A stretch of 64,000 nucleotides of DNA, taken from the NCBI GenBank assembly GCA_965230955.1, contig OZ246404.1, positions 417,184 through 481,183 of the forward strand, given 5' to 3'. The stretch's first letter is position 1. Each line of letters opens with the position of its first letter. A program made the position numbers and the translations under genes. Below the pieces are notes generated by a model, which saw only the letters and a list, made by a program, of their open reading frames with translations, had not been told where the DNA came from and did not search any database. The stretch is from an uncultured Candidatus Saccharibacteria bacterium (GTDB lineage: Bacteria > Patescibacteriota > CALEFQ01). Positions 19,328-29,618 of this stretch are shown piece by piece.

Positions 19328-20494
19328 ATGTTCCCAAAAATTTTCAAAACAATTGTTTGTCTCAGTGTTATGGTGGTTTTGCTGGTACCGGTCATGACGC
19401 TGGCCGCGACATTCAAAAGCGAGGAAAATCTCGTCGTGAATGAAGAAACTGAGGACCTCTATGCGGCTGGAGCCAATGTCAGTATTCTCAAATCAGTGAC
19501 CGGCGATCTGACGGTGGCCGGCAGTACCGTGACCGTTAATCCCGGCGTGATGATTTCCGGCGATCTCAATATCGCCGGCGGCCAACTCTGGCTCGATGGT
19601 CAAGTTGCCGATGATGCTCGCGTAGCCGGTGGAATGGTGACTCTAAATAGCCAGATTGGCGACGATCTTTTCATCATGGGCGGGACGGTGTTTGTGACGG
19701 GACCGGTCAAGGGTGATATCTATGCGGCCGGCGGAACTGTTTCACTGGGGGGCGTGGTTGAAGGCAAGGTCGTGGCCAGCGGCGGTGAAGTAATTCTGGA
19801 AGAGGGTGCGGATATCAAAGGCGACTTTGAATATAGCTCCGAGACGGCCGGGCAGATTGCGGGCGGAGCCAAAGTAGGCGGCAATACAATTTTCCACCAG
19901 ATAGAGGCTCGGCAGAGCAATTGGCAGCAACACGGAATCGGTTCATTTATCGGTTTCGCGGGATTGGCGGGATTAGCGGCTCCGATGGTTTTTGTTCTGG
20001 GATTTGTGGCTTTGTTCTTATTGACACTACTGGTGGTTTTCTGTGCTCCGCTCAAAACACAGGATACCGCCCAGAATTTCGTCAAGCATCCTTGGAAAAG
20101 TTTGGGCTTTGGCCTGGCCTATTTGATTGCCACGCCGATTGTCGGATTTATTTTCTTGATTATACCGTTCACTTTTCTGATCGGGGCGGTAATTTTGATC
20201 GGGTATCTTCTTTCGCTGTTTCTCTTGCCCGCCGTTTTGGCTTTTTTCATCGGCTCTGGTATTTTACGTCTGATGCACAAACAAACTGATTTCACACGGC
20301 GTTCGCACCTGGTCTGGGCCGCTTTGATTGGTTCGTTGATTTACAGCTTGATGATGTTTATTCCGATTCTGGGAGGCCTGCTGATTGCCTTGGGTATCGT
20401 GTTTTCCGCCGGCGCGCTGATTATGGTTTTACGCCCGCTCGGTTTCAAAAAACGAGCCTGGAATAAGAATTTACCTACTCCGCCTAATTCATAA
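19328..20494 (+). CDS. Bactofilin-like (polymer-forming cytoskeletal) beta-helix membrane protein
   Basis: Signal peptide, repeated GDLxxAGGxVxxxGxV units, multi-TM C-terminus. Confidence 0.75.
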   Translation: MFPKIFKTIVCLSVMVVLLVPVMTLAATFKSEENLVVNEETEDLYAAGANVSILKSVTGDLTVAGSTVTVNPGVMISGDLNIAGGQLWLDGQVADDARVAGGMVTLNSQIGDDLFIMGGTVFVTGPVKGDIYAAGGTVSLGGVVEGKVVASGGEVILEEGADIKGDFEYSSETAGQIAGGAKVGGNTIFHQIEARQSNWQQHGIGSFIGFAGLAGLAAPMVFVLGFVALFLLTLLVVFCAPLKTQDTAQNFVKHPWKSLGFGLAYLIATPIVGFIFLIIPFTFLIGAVILIGYLLSLFLLPAVLAFFIGSGILRLMHKQTDFTRRSHLVWAALIGSLIYSLMMFIPILGGLLIALGIVFSAGALIMVLRPLGFKKRAWNKNLPTPPNS

Positions 20495-20500
20495 GCCGTC

Positions 20501-21799
20501 ATGATCGACATAAAATTGTTGCGAGCCGACCCCGAGAGCTATCGGGCGGCGGCCAAAATAAAGGGCATCAAATTGGATTTGGATCGTCTGCTGGAACTTG
20601 ATCGCCAACGTTTGGATTTGCTTCAGAAAATAGAGCGCGCGCGCCAGGAAAAAAACGACCAAGATGATTTGATCAAACAGGCGCCTCCGGCGGAGCGAGC
20701 CGAGCTTATTGCGGGCGGGAAAAAGATAAAAGAAAAACTGGCCGGCATCGAGCCGGAGCTGAAAAAAATCGAACCGGAGTATCGTGATTTGTTGAGCCGA
20801 GTGCCTTTACCGGCCGATCCCGATACGCCTGTCGGAACGGATGATCGGGGCAACAAGGAAATCTCGCGCCACGGAAAAATTCCGGAATTTTCGTTTGCCC
20901 CCGCCAATCACGTGGAACTTGGTCGGCGGCTGAATATTTTGGACTTGGAAGCCGGGGTCGGCATTTCCGGTTATCGCGGTTATGTCCTGAAAAACGAAGG
21001 GGTCTTGCTTCATTTGGCGGTGCTATGGCACGCGCTTCTGAAATTGCGCCAAAAAGGCTTTATGCTGATTATTCCTCCGACACTGGTGAAAGAATTTGCT
21101 TTATTTGGCAGCGGTCACTTTCCTTTTGATCGGGAAAATGTCTATCGGGTCTCGGAACAAGGCGATCGGGAGTCGACCAAGGGCGAGCCGCTCTATTTGG
21201 TCGGGACCTCAGAGCCGGCCTTATTGGCTCTCTATGCCAAAAAGACATTGACGGAAAAAGAGTTGCCGCTAAAATTGTGCGGGTTTTCACCTTGTTACCG
21301 GTCGGAGATCGGGAGCTACGGCAAGGATACTTCCGGGGTTTATCGAATTCATGAGTTTTGGAAAGTAGAACAGGTGGTGATCGGCCGAAATAATTTGAAT
21401 GAATCGCTGCGTTGGCTGGAAGAATTACGTTCGATCAGCGAAAGCATTTTACAAGATTTCGGTTTGCCTTATCGGGTGGTGCAGAATTGTTCCGGCGACA
21501 TGGGGGCGGGAAAATATAAAATGTATGATATCGAAACTTGGATGCCCGGCCGTAAAAATTACGGCGAAACCCATTCCGATTCGCTGTTGTGCGATTGGCA
21601 GGCTCGCCGTCTGAATATTAAGTACAAAGATTCCTCGGGTAAAATAAATTTTGCTCATACCCTGAACAATACCGGCATTGCCTCGCCTCGAATTTTGATT
21701 CCGCTATTGGAAAATCATCAGCAGGCTGACGGCAGCGTCAAGATTCCCAGGGTTTTACAGCCCTACCTCGGAGCTGAAATTATCAAGCCGAAAAAGTAA
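20501..21799 (+). CDS. serS: Serine--tRNA ligase
   Basis: MIDIKLLR, LVGTSE, CYRSEIG, RIHEFWKVEQ, HTLNNT. Confidence 0.96.
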   Translation: MIDIKLLRADPESYRAAAKIKGIKLDLDRLLELDRQRLDLLQKIERARQEKNDQDDLIKQAPPAERAELIAGGKKIKEKLAGIEPELKKIEPEYRDLLSRVPLPADPDTPVGTDDRGNKEISRHGKIPEFSFAPANHVELGRRLNILDLEAGVGISGYRGYVLKNEGVLLHLAVLWHALLKLRQKGFMLIIPPTLVKEFALFGSGHFPFDRENVYRVSEQGDRESTKGEPLYLVGTSEPALLALYAKKTLTEKELPLKLCGFSPCYRSEIGSYGKDTSGVYRIHEFWKVEQVVIGRNNLNESLRWLEELRSISESILQDFGLPYRVVQNCSGDMGAGKYKMYDIETWMPGRKNYGETHSDSLLCDWQARRLNIKYKDSSGKINFAHTLNNTGIASPRILIPLLENHQQADGSVKIPRVLQPYLGAEIIKPKK

Positions 21800-21801
21800 G
21801 T

Positions 21802-22479
21802 ATGATTATTGCTATCGATGGCCCGGCCGGCTCCGGCAAGGGGACCGTGGCTAAATTGTTATCAAAGAAACTAGGATTTACCCATCTGGACAGCGGAAGT
21901 TTCTATCGGGTGGCGGCTTTTTATGTTTTTGATAATCAACTTGATCAGAATAAGAGCGTCCCAATTATTGCGCTTCTTCCTCGTTTGCAAGTGGAATTTC
22001 GTGAGACGCCGCGAGGGCAGAAGGTGATTTCGCGCGGCCGCGATCTGACCGACGAAATTCGCTACGACTTGGTATCGAAAATTGTCCCGGTTGTCAGCCG
22101 AATTCCGGAAGTTCGGCAGTGGGTCAATCGTTCGGTGCGCGCTTTGGCGGCTCGGCACGATGTGGTGGTTGAGGGGCGTGATATGACGACCGAAGTTTTT
22201 CCGGAGGCTGAATTGAAATTTTATCTCGATGCGGCTCTGGACGAACGCGCGCGCCGGCGTTATTTAGAGTTGAAAAATAAGGACGATAATGTTACACTGG
22301 CTGGAATCAAGGCGGGGATAGAACAGCGCGATCACCTTGATCGTTCCAAGCCGCGGGGAGCCTTACGAATCGCTCCGGACGCGGTTTATATCGATTCCAC
22401 GAATCTAAGTCCCGGCGCGGTAGTCGATTTTATCATTGATAAAGTTAATAGTCTTAGATCTGGTGCTAAGACAGCCTAA
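21802..22479 (+). CDS. cmk: Cytidylate kinase
   Basis: IAIDGPAGSGKGT, DSGSFYR, VVEGRD, RARRR. Confidence 0.93.
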   Translation: MIIAIDGPAGSGKGTVAKLLSKKLGFTHLDSGSFYRVAAFYVFDNQLDQNKSVPIIALLPRLQVEFRETPRGQKVISRGRDLTDEIRYDLVSKIVPVVSRIPEVRQWVNRSVRALAARHDVVVEGRDMTTEVFPEAELKFYLDAALDERARRRYLELKNKDDNVTLAGIKAGIEQRDHLDRSKPRGALRIAPDAVYIDSTNLSPGAVVDFIIDKVNSLRSGAKTA

Positions 22480-22485
22480 AAAATC

Positions 22486-23715
22486 ATGGCTCAGAATCCT
22501 TATCTCAACGCGAGTAATCAGTTGAACAAAGCTCTAGTCCTTTTGCGACAAGAGTCATTTTTTGATCGTCTAAAGTCTCATGACAAGATTATTGAAGTGT
22601 CGTTGCCTCTAAAAATGGATAATGGTACAACCAAGGTTTTTCGAGGTTGGCGCGCCCAACATAATCGCGCGCGCGGGCCCTATAAGGGCGGCATCCGTTT
22701 TCATCCTGATGTATCGCTAAATGAAGTCAAAGCGCTTTCCATGTGGATGACCTGGAAATGTGCCGTGGCTGACATTCCTTTTGGCGGCGGTAAGGGCGGC
22801 GTGATCGTTGATCCCAAGAAACTTTCGGTGGGTGAATTGGAGCGCCTGACTCGGCTTTATGTTGATCGTATTTATTCCGATATCGGACCAGAGGTTGATA
22901 TCCCTGCCCCGGATGTTAATACCGATCCGCGGGTCATGGCCTGGTTTTATGATGAATTCAGTAAATTGGCCGGACATCAGGAACCGTCCTGCGTGACCGG
23001 AAAGCCGATGGCTGCCGGCGGATCAGCGGGACGCGGCACGGCGACAGCCAAGGGGGGGACGATAGTCTTGGCCGAAGTCATTCGACAATTGGAATTGGAA
23101 TTGCCCTGGCGGACGGTCGCAATTCAAGGTTTTGGCAATGCCGGTGCTAATGCGGCGCGTTTATTGGCCCAACAAGGATATTTGATTCTGGCTGTTTCCG
23201 ATTCGCGGGGCGGTGTTTATGCCCGAAAGGGTTTGGATATTGCAAAACTGGTGGCTCATAAAAAACAAACCGGTTCGGTGGTTGGATTCCCGGGAGCGAC
23301 CAAGTCGATTACCAATAAACAGATTCTGGAATTGCCGGTTGATGTTTTGGTTCCGGCGGCTTTGGAAAATCAGATTACGGCGCAGAATGCCGGACGGATC
23401 AAGGCTAAAATTATTTTGGAACTGGCCAATGGTCCGGTCGCGCCGGAAGCTGATGAAAAATTGTTCAAGCGCGGTAAGATTGTTATCCCGGACGTTTTGG
23501 CTAATTCCGGCGGCGTGACCGTCAGTTATTTCGAATGGGTTCAGAATCGTCAGCGGGTGGCTTGGAGCGAGGCTGAAGTATTCAAGCAGTTAACGTCAAA
23601 GCTCGAGACGGCCACGGCGGCGATTATAAAAACCCAGCGGCAGTATTCGTCTGATTTGCGCTTGGCTTCATATCTGCTGGCGATTCAGCGAGTGCTGGCT
23701 GCCGGTTCGATTTAG
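22486..23715 (+). CDS. gdhA: Glu/Leu/Phe/Val dehydrogenase (glutamate dehydrogenase)
   Basis: RGPYKGGIRFHP, GGGKGG, DIPAPDVNT, QGFGNAG, ELANGP, GGVTVSYFEW. Confidence 0.92.
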   Translation: MAQNPYLNASNQLNKALVLLRQESFFDRLKSHDKIIEVSLPLKMDNGTTKVFRGWRAQHNRARGPYKGGIRFHPDVSLNEVKALSMWMTWKCAVADIPFGGGKGGVIVDPKKLSVGELERLTRLYVDRIYSDIGPEVDIPAPDVNTDPRVMAWFYDEFSKLAGHQEPSCVTGKPMAAGGSAGRGTATAKGGTIVLAEVIRQLELELPWRTVAIQGFGNAGANAARLLAQQGYLILAVSDSRGGVYARKGLDIAKLVAHKKQTGSVVGFPGATKSITNKQILELPVDVLVPAALENQITAQNAGRIKAKIILELANGPVAPEADEKLFKRGKIVIPDVLANSGGVTVSYFEWVQNRQRVAWSEAEVFKQLTSKLETATAAIIKTQRQYSSDLRLASYLLAIQRVLAAGSI

Positions 23716-23743
23716 CGCTCGTTTATTTGCCTGAGTTAATGAT

Positions 23744-24610
23744 ATGGTTCGTTTGCGGAAACAAAATCTTTCCGATCAAAGCGTAATCCAAAAAGAAGTT
23801 CGCCGCCAGCGGGCTAATATTGTTCAGCGCACCCCTCCCGGAGTGCGCCCGGCCCGAATAACCAAAGCGCGTCGATATCTCTTTCTGATTTTAGCTGTTG
23901 CGCTGGCGCTGATAGTGATGGGTATATTTATGTTTTCCGGGAAATTCCAAGTTCAGCGGATAATCGTTGTCGGCAATGACAGCGTGTCGGATGAACGAGT
24001 GGAAGAACAGATCAATCTGGAAAAAGAGGGGACGGTCTGGGGAATTTTTCCGAGCAGTAATATCTTTTTCTTTAACACTCGCCGTGCGACCGCGCGCCTG
24101 ATGGAAGAAATTGTTCAGATTCGGCAGGTTGAAGTTAAGCGGCAAATGCCGGACGTGCTCAAGGTTTACTTGGAGGAGCGGGAGCCGGCCCTTGTTTGGC
24201 AAACCGGGGAAGACGAGTATTATCTTGATCTGGAAGGTGTCATCAGTAAGGAAATACACGGCGATCCGGAATTTAATTTGCCGAAAATGCGCGATGAGTC
24301 CAAGCGCGAGGTGCAAACGAAGGAAAAACTCGTTTCCAAAAACTTTGTGGAATTTTCGGTCGATTTGGCGAAGACTTTCCAATCCGAAACCGGTTTGGAA
24401 TACGAAGAGCTTAGCACACCGGCGCCTATATCGCGTGAAATCAGGGTACGCACGAAACTGGGATGGTATATTTATTTCACTTCCGAACGAACTCTGGAGA
24501 GCCAGTATCAAAAACTATTGCTGATCTTGAACAAAGAGCTGAAAAAGGGGCAAAAGGAAAATTTGGAGTATATTGACTTAAGGATCAAAGACAAGATATT
24601 CTATAAGTAG
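23744..24610 (+). CDS. ftsQ: FtsQ/DivIB-like cell division protein (POTRA)
   Basis: Single TM helix, POTRA-like segment, ERxP, C-terminal EYIDLR. Confidence 0.75.
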   Translation: MVRLRKQNLSDQSVIQKEVRRQRANIVQRTPPGVRPARITKARRYLFLILAVALALIVMGIFMFSGKFQVQRIIVVGNDSVSDERVEEQINLEKEGTVWGIFPSSNIFFFNTRRATARLMEEIVQIRQVEVKRQMPDVLKVYLEEREPALVWQTGEDEYYLDLEGVISKEIHGDPEFNLPKMRDESKREVQTKEKLVSKNFVEFSVDLAKTFQSETGLEYEELSTPAPISREIRVRTKLGWYIYFTSERTLESQYQKLLLILNKELKKGQKENLEYIDLRIKDKIFYK

Positions 24611-24680
24611 TCATTAGTCTTTGGTCTTTAGCCATGGAATACCGCTGGCGAAAGACTAACGACTAAAGACTAAAGGCTAA
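24608..24680. repeat. Inverted heptamer array (TTTAGTC / GACTAAA family)
   Basis: tagtcat tagtctt tggtctt tagcc ... aagacta acgacta aagacta aaggctaa. Confidence 0.85.
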
Positions 24681-24681
24681 T

Positions 24682-25125
24682 ATGTTCTGGGCTTTTATCG
24701 GAATCATTGTTGGAATCGCCGTGGGAGTTTTGTCCCATTTCTCGATTCCTCCGGAATATGCGCGCTATACGGCGGTGGCTGTTTTGGCTATGCTGGACTC
24801 CATTTTCGGCGCCTGGCGCGCGGAATTGGTGACGCGTTACCAGTACAAGACAGATTACTCATACAAGGGACCTGGTTTTAAGGAAAAACGGGATCAATAT
24901 AATCCGTTGATTTTTATTTCCGGACTGGTTTTTAACACCGCGCTGGCTGCCGCTTTCACCTATCTGGGTGATCGTCTGGGTTTGGATATCTATATCGCAG
25001 TCGTTGTCGTGTTTACCTGGCGCATATTTATGAATCTGGGAGTGGTTCGACGGGTATATTTCCAACGCTGGACGAAGAAGAAGGAAGAATCTTTAGTCTC
25101 AAAAGACATGAACCAAAAAACTTGA
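24682..25125 (+). CDS. sbp: Small basic protein Sbp (DUF1290)
   Basis: YARYTAVAVLAMLDSIFGA, YLGDRLGLDIY, RIFMNL; follows the ftsQ-like gene. Confidence 0.8.
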   Translation: MFWAFIGIIVGIAVGVLSHFSIPPEYARYTAVAVLAMLDSIFGAWRAELVTRYQYKTDYSYKGPGFKEKRDQYNPLIFISGLVFNTALAAAFTYLGDRLGLDIYIAVVVVFTWRIFMNLGVVRRVYFQRWTKKKEESLVSKDMNQKT

Positions 25126-25202
25126 AATTTTAACTGGTTTATATTACAATAGCCTTGCTCAAAACGAGTAAGGCTATTTGTAAAAAGCTAATAATCCTTA
25201 CC

Positions 25203-25544
25203 ATGACCTTCAATTTTAAGCGCTATTTTGTCTTATTTTGCCTGGGATTAAGCGTGTTGCTCAATATTTTTCTGTGGGTTTACTTGGCTATCAAAGTTCC
25301 GGTCTTGGGGGAAGAAGTGGTTTTGCACTATGACGCCATCCAGGGCGTTGATTTGATCGGTCCGGGGAACCATTTCTATGTTCTCCCTTTGATCGGCTTG
25401 GTCATTATTGGGATAAATTTCCTGCTGGCGGCATTTAGTATCAAGACTAATCGTTTGGTTGCCCAGGTACTAAGCGGATTGGCTGTGGTCGGGCAGGTTA
25501 TTTTAGTCGTTGCGGCGATGCTGATGGTGAATATAAATATTTGA
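25203..25544 (+). CDS. Small membrane protein (LHY...GVD motif)
   Basis: Three TM helices; VLHYDAIQGVDLIG. Confidence 0.7.
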   Translation: MTFNFKRYFVLFCLGLSVLLNIFLWVYLAIKVPVLGEEVVLHYDAIQGVDLIGPGNHFYVLPLIGLVIIGINFLLAAFSIKTNRLVAQVLSGLAVVGQVILVVAAMLMVNINI

Positions 25545-25545
25545 T

Positions 25546-27102
25546 ATGTTTAATTGGAATCCGGCTCATCGTCCGGTCTATTATCGAATTTTAGAAATTA
25601 TTCCGGCGGTGTTAAGTTGGGGCACACTGATTTTGTGCGTGGTCCTTTCTTTTGTTGTGCCTTTGTGGATAGCTATTTTTGTGGTTTGTTTTGATCTTTA
25701 CTGGCTGATGCGAGTTACGTATTTATCGTACCATTTGATTGAAGGCTACCGGCAGATGCGTCAGAATATCAAGACCAATTGGCTGGAGCGCATCAAACTG
25801 ATTAAAGGGCGAAATTGGGCTGAATACTATCATCTGATCATTTTCCCGGTGGCTCGGGAAGTGGCGGTAATGGAATCCACTTTCGAAGCTTTGGTGCGAG
25901 CCAATTATCCTCTGGATAAATTTATCGTGGTATTGGCGTGTGAGGATAAATACTGGTCGGAGACCGGCCCTGTTGCCGACATTATTGCGAAAAAATATAG
26001 CGTTCGTTTCAAGCATTTTGAGATTACTCGACATCCGCCCGGACTGCCCGGCGAATTAACGGGCAAGGGGTCAAATGAAGTCTGGGGCGCGAAAAAAATC
26101 CATAGGTATATCGATGAGCAAAAAATACCTTATGAAAAAATAATCGTCTCGGTTTTTGATATCGATACTCAAATACATCCGGAATACTTCGGCCGTCTGG
26201 CTTATGTCTACCTGACCCACCCCAGACCGGAGCGAGCGAGTTATCAGCCGATCCCTGTTTTTAACAATAATATCTGGGACGCCCCGGCGTTGGTGCGAGT
26301 GGTCGCTTCCTCTACGACTTTTTGGGAATTGATGGAACAGGGGCGGCCGGAAAGACTGGTTACTTTCTCGAGCCATAGTATGAGCTTTAAGGCGCTGGTT
26401 GATGTGGGCTTTTGGGCTACAGACCATGTTTCGGAAGATTCTCGGATTTTCTGGCAGTGCTTGCTTCATTATAACGGCGCTTATGAAACGGTTCCTCTTT
26501 ATTTCCCGGTATCCATGGATGCCTGTCTGGCCGATACTTACTGGCAGAGTATGGTTAATCAGTATAAGCAACAACGACGCTGGGCATGGGGGACGGAAAA
26601 TTTGCCTTACACGATTTATAATTTCCATCTTAAGCGGAAACAGATTCCAGGAAAAACTCGTTTGTTTTTCAGCTGGATTTTATTTGATGGCGCCGTTTCT
26701 TGGGCGACCAGCGCTATTATTATCGCCGTGATTGGTTGGTTGCCGCTCCTGGTTGGCGGAGAAAACTATGCTAATACCGTTTTCGCCCAATCACTGCCTC
26801 AGGTCGCCCAAGTCCTGATGACTATTGCCATGGTAGGTATGTTTACTTCGATGTTTGTTACCTTGCTGATGTTGCCTCCGCGGCCGAAAAAATATACTTT
26901 CTGGCGGCACTTTGTCATGGTATTGCAGTGGGCGCTACTTCCGATCGCCACTGTTTTCTTCGGTTCTTTTGTGGCCTTAGATGCCCAGACTCGCTTGATG
27001 TTGGGCAAATATATGGGATTTTTTCTCACGCCTAAAGCCCGTCGAGACAAGAACGGCAAAGCTTCGACTGCCGCCGAAGCGGTTAGCTCGATAAATAAAT
27101 AA
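25546..27102 (+). CDS. Membrane glycosyltransferase family 2 (processive-type)
   Basis: GKGSN, FDID, SED and QQRRW motifs; flanking TM helices. Confidence 0.85.
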   Translation: MFNWNPAHRPVYYRILEIIPAVLSWGTLILCVVLSFVVPLWIAIFVVCFDLYWLMRVTYLSYHLIEGYRQMRQNIKTNWLERIKLIKGRNWAEYYHLIIFPVAREVAVMESTFEALVRANYPLDKFIVVLACEDKYWSETGPVADIIAKKYSVRFKHFEITRHPPGLPGELTGKGSNEVWGAKKIHRYIDEQKIPYEKIIVSVFDIDTQIHPEYFGRLAYVYLTHPRPERASYQPIPVFNNNIWDAPALVRVVASSTTFWELMEQGRPERLVTFSSHSMSFKALVDVGFWATDHVSEDSRIFWQCLLHYNGAYETVPLYFPVSMDACLADTYWQSMVNQYKQQRRWAWGTENLPYTIYNFHLKRKQIPGKTRLFFSWILFDGAVSWATSAIIIAVIGWLPLLVGGENYANTVFAQSLPQVAQVLMTIAMVGMFTSMFVTLLMLPPRPKKYTFWRHFVMVLQWALLPIATVFFGSFVALDAQTRLMLGKYMGFFLTPKARRDKNGKASTAAEAVSSINK

Positions 27103-27103
27103 T

Positions 27104-28237
27104 ATGGCTCGATGGTTTGTACTATATTTGTTGCCTTTTATGGTCGCGCTGGCGATCAGTTTTTTCATGGTGCCGCTGGTCAGGCGCTGGGCGATTAAAA
27201 TTGGGGTTGTTCGGGGGCATCGGCCGAATCACCCCCAAGATATCCATACGCAACGCCAGCCGGTGGCTCTTTTGGGCGGGACGGCCATTTTCATTTCTTT
27301 TTTCGCCTTGTTGGCTTATTACTCTTTGTTTACCGATCTGCTCTTAAGCGGTTTTTTATTGCCCAAATATCTCTGGGGTATATTGGCCGGCGGGGTCATT
27401 CTTTTTATCGGTGGATTCATCGATGATAAATATGAGCTTCCGGCCAAATGGCAGTGGGTGGCTCCAGTCGCAGCTATTATTATAATTATTGCCAGCGGTG
27501 TCGGCCTCGATTTTATCAGTAATCCCCTGGGGGATGAGATCAGACTGGATCACTGGTCCACGACGCTTTTTCAAATAGGGGGTTTGCCTTATCGGATAGT
27601 CTGGGGCGCCGACCTTTTCGCGCTGGTTTGGATGTTGGGAATGATTTATGCCGTAAAGTTCATCGATGGAGTAGACGGGCTTTCGGCCACGATAAATTTT
27701 GTCGGATTTTTAATAATTTTTTTCTTAAGCTTGATGACCGACGTCAATCAGCCAGAAACCGCTTTTTTATCCATTGTTATGGCGGGAGCGATTCTGGGGG
27801 TATGGATTTATCAGTTCCCGCGCGGACTGATCCAGATCGGCGAGGGGGGAGTTTGGTTCATGGGATTCATGCTGGGGTTGCTGGCGATTCTTAGTGGCGG
27901 AAAAATCGCTACGGCCTTGTTGGTGATGGGTATACCGATCATCGATACGGCGCGAGTAATTATCGGACGGGTAATTCGAAAACGTTCGCCTTTTCAGGGA
28001 GACAATACTCACATCCATCATTTGTTGTTGCGGCTGGGTTTGAAACCCTGGCAGGTCGTCTTGGCGATTGGTTTGCCCTCTTTGCTTTTCGGTGTTTTAG
28101 GCTTGATTTTGCAGGGAGAGCAGAAAATGTTTGCCCTGGTTTTCGTCTTTATCGGGATGACTGCATTCGTCGTGACCCTCGGGGCGATTCTGTCTCGTCG
28201 AGATCGGCGCCGTCTTGACGAAGCGCCAAAGACCTGA
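27104..28237 (+). CDS. MraY/WecA/TagO-family polyprenyl-phosphate GlcNAc-1-P transferase
   Basis: LLGG, IDDKY, DGVDGL, PIIDT, GDNTHIHH. Confidence 0.88.
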   Translation: MARWFVLYLLPFMVALAISFFMVPLVRRWAIKIGVVRGHRPNHPQDIHTQRQPVALLGGTAIFISFFALLAYYSLFTDLLLSGFLLPKYLWGILAGGVILFIGGFIDDKYELPAKWQWVAPVAAIIIIIASGVGLDFISNPLGDEIRLDHWSTTLFQIGGLPYRIVWGADLFALVWMLGMIYAVKFIDGVDGLSATINFVGFLIIFFLSLMTDVNQPETAFLSIVMAGAILGVWIYQFPRGLIQIGEGGVWFMGFMLGLLAILSGGKIATALLVMGIPIIDTARVIIGRVIRKRSPFQGDNTHIHHLLLRLGLKPWQVVLAIGLPSLLFGVLGLILQGEQKMFALVFVFIGMTAFVVTLGAILSRRDRRRLDEAPKT

Positions 28238-28275
28238 TAGACTAGCGAAGTCATTTGATATCTAATCATAATTCT

Positions 28276-28581
28276 ATGGAATTCTCGATTATTGAAACCG
28301 GCTCCAAGCAATATAAAGTCTCCAAAGGTGATAAGCTTTGGGTGGAATTGCTGCACGAAAAAGATGGCGCCAAGCTCACTTTTAAGCCGTTATTTCACTG
28401 GGACGGCAAAACGGCCCAAATCGGCAAACCGCAATTGTCCGGCCAAGCGGTTGAGGCGAAGGTTGTGGGTGAAGTTCGCGGCGACAAGTTGCGCATTGTG
28501 AAAAAGAAAGCCAAGAAACGTTATCAAAGAGCCATGGGCCATCGGCAGAATTATACTGTCATTGAGATAACTAAAATTTAG
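28276..28581 (+). CDS. rplU: 50S ribosomal protein L21
   Basis: IIETGSKQYKV ... GHRQNYT. Confidence 0.93.
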   Translation: MEFSIIETGSKQYKVSKGDKLWVELLHEKDGAKLTFKPLFHWDGKTAQIGKPQLSGQAVEAKVVGEVRGDKLRIVKKKAKKRYQRAMGHRQNYTVIEITKI

Positions 28582-28594
28582 ATTTCGATTGTGA

Positions 28595-28630
28595 AAAAAC
28601 AGGTGCGGTCTTAAGGCCGCACCTGTTTTT
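28595..28630. terminator. Bidirectional terminator between rplU and recR
   Basis: aaaaacaggtgcggtc-ttaa-ggccgcacctgttttt. Confidence 0.8.
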
Positions 28631-28643
28631 GGTATCTGCATTT

Positions 28644-29243
28644 TTAGTATTCTTTTCTTCCTTCCAGCGCTCGCGATAGGGTCGCTTCATCGGCGTATTC
28701 CAAATCTCCGCCGATCGGGAGCCCGCGGGCGATACGAGTCAGTTTTGCACCGGTCGGTTTTAGCAATTTGGAAATATATAGCGAAGTCGCTTCGCCTTCG
28801 GTGGTGGGATTAGTCGCCAGAATTACTTCTTCGATTTTTTCGTCTTTTACGCGTTGCACCAGTTGATCGATCGTCAGCTCTTCCGGCCCGATCCCGTCAA
28901 TGGGTGAGATCGTGCCCTGGAGGACATGGTAAAGCCCGCGAAATTCATTGGTTTTTTCGATTGCCACGACATCCAATGGTTCACTGACAACGCAAATTTT
29001 ACGCGCGTCCCGGCTTTTATCGCGACAGATTACGCAGGGTTCGGCTTCGGTAAAATTGTGGCATTGGGTGCAGGTTTTGATCGACTTTTTCAGGTCGGTA
29101 AAAGATTGGCCGAAATTAGCCAAGGTGGCCTGATCTTGTTTCAGTAAATAAAAAGTCAGTCGCTCGGCGCTTTTGGGCCCAATGCCGGGTAGAGAAGAGA
29201 GAGAAGCGATTAAATTTTGGATCGAAACAGGGAGGATGTTCAT
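28644..29243 (-). CDS. recR: Recombination protein RecR
   Basis: LPGIGPKSAERL, C4 zinc finger, YHVLQG, GGDLEYAD. Confidence 0.96.
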   Translation of the reverse strand: MNILPVSIQNLIASLSSLPGIGPKSAERLTFYLLKQDQATLANFGQSFTDLKKSIKTCTQCHNFTEAEPCVICRDKSRDARKICVVSEPLDVVAIEKTNEFRGLYHVLQGTISPIDGIGPEELTIDQLVQRVKDEKIEEVILATNPTTEGEATSLYISKLLKPTGAKLTRIARGLPIGGDLEYADEATLSRALEGRKEY

Positions 29244-29265
29244 GGGCTAGGCATGCTTAAGGTAT

Positions 29266-29550
29266 CTACATCTGAATTTCGCCGCTTTGCATTTTGCGGA
29301 TCATCAGATTTTTCAGTTCCTTACTGCACTGCTCGAAAGATTCTTTGACCGCGTTTTGCAGCTGCTCTTGGTTTTCCGGAGTGAGCAGCGAGCTGTCAAT
29401 AAAAACTTCTTGTATCTCTTGGTTGCCGTCCATAGTGATCCGGACCAAGCCGCGAACCGCTTCGCCGGTAATAGTCTCGGCGGCGAGTGATTTTTTGATG
29501 GTGTTGGCTTGAGCGCGGAGGTTGTTGAGGTTTTTTAGTTGGTCAAACAT
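29266..29550 (-). CDS. YbaB/EbfC family nucleoid-associated protein
   Basis: Directly upstream of recR; GLVRITMDGNQEI. Confidence 0.85.
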   Translation of the reverse strand: MFDQLKNLNNLRAQANTIKKSLAAETITGEAVRGLVRITMDGNQEIQEVFIDSSLLTPENQEQLQNAVKESFEQCSKELKNLMIRKMQSGEIQM

Positions 29551-29555
29551 CTTAA

Positions 29556-29618
29556 ATAAGATATTAAGAATATTAAGATATTAAGAAAATTAAGACGTTA
29601 AGAGATTAATAGATATTA
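29556..29618. repeat. Tandem 8-9-nt direct repeats (TTAAGA core)
   Basis: taaga ta ttaaga ata ttaaga ta ttaaga aaa ttaaga cg ttaaga ga ttaata. Confidence 0.75.
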
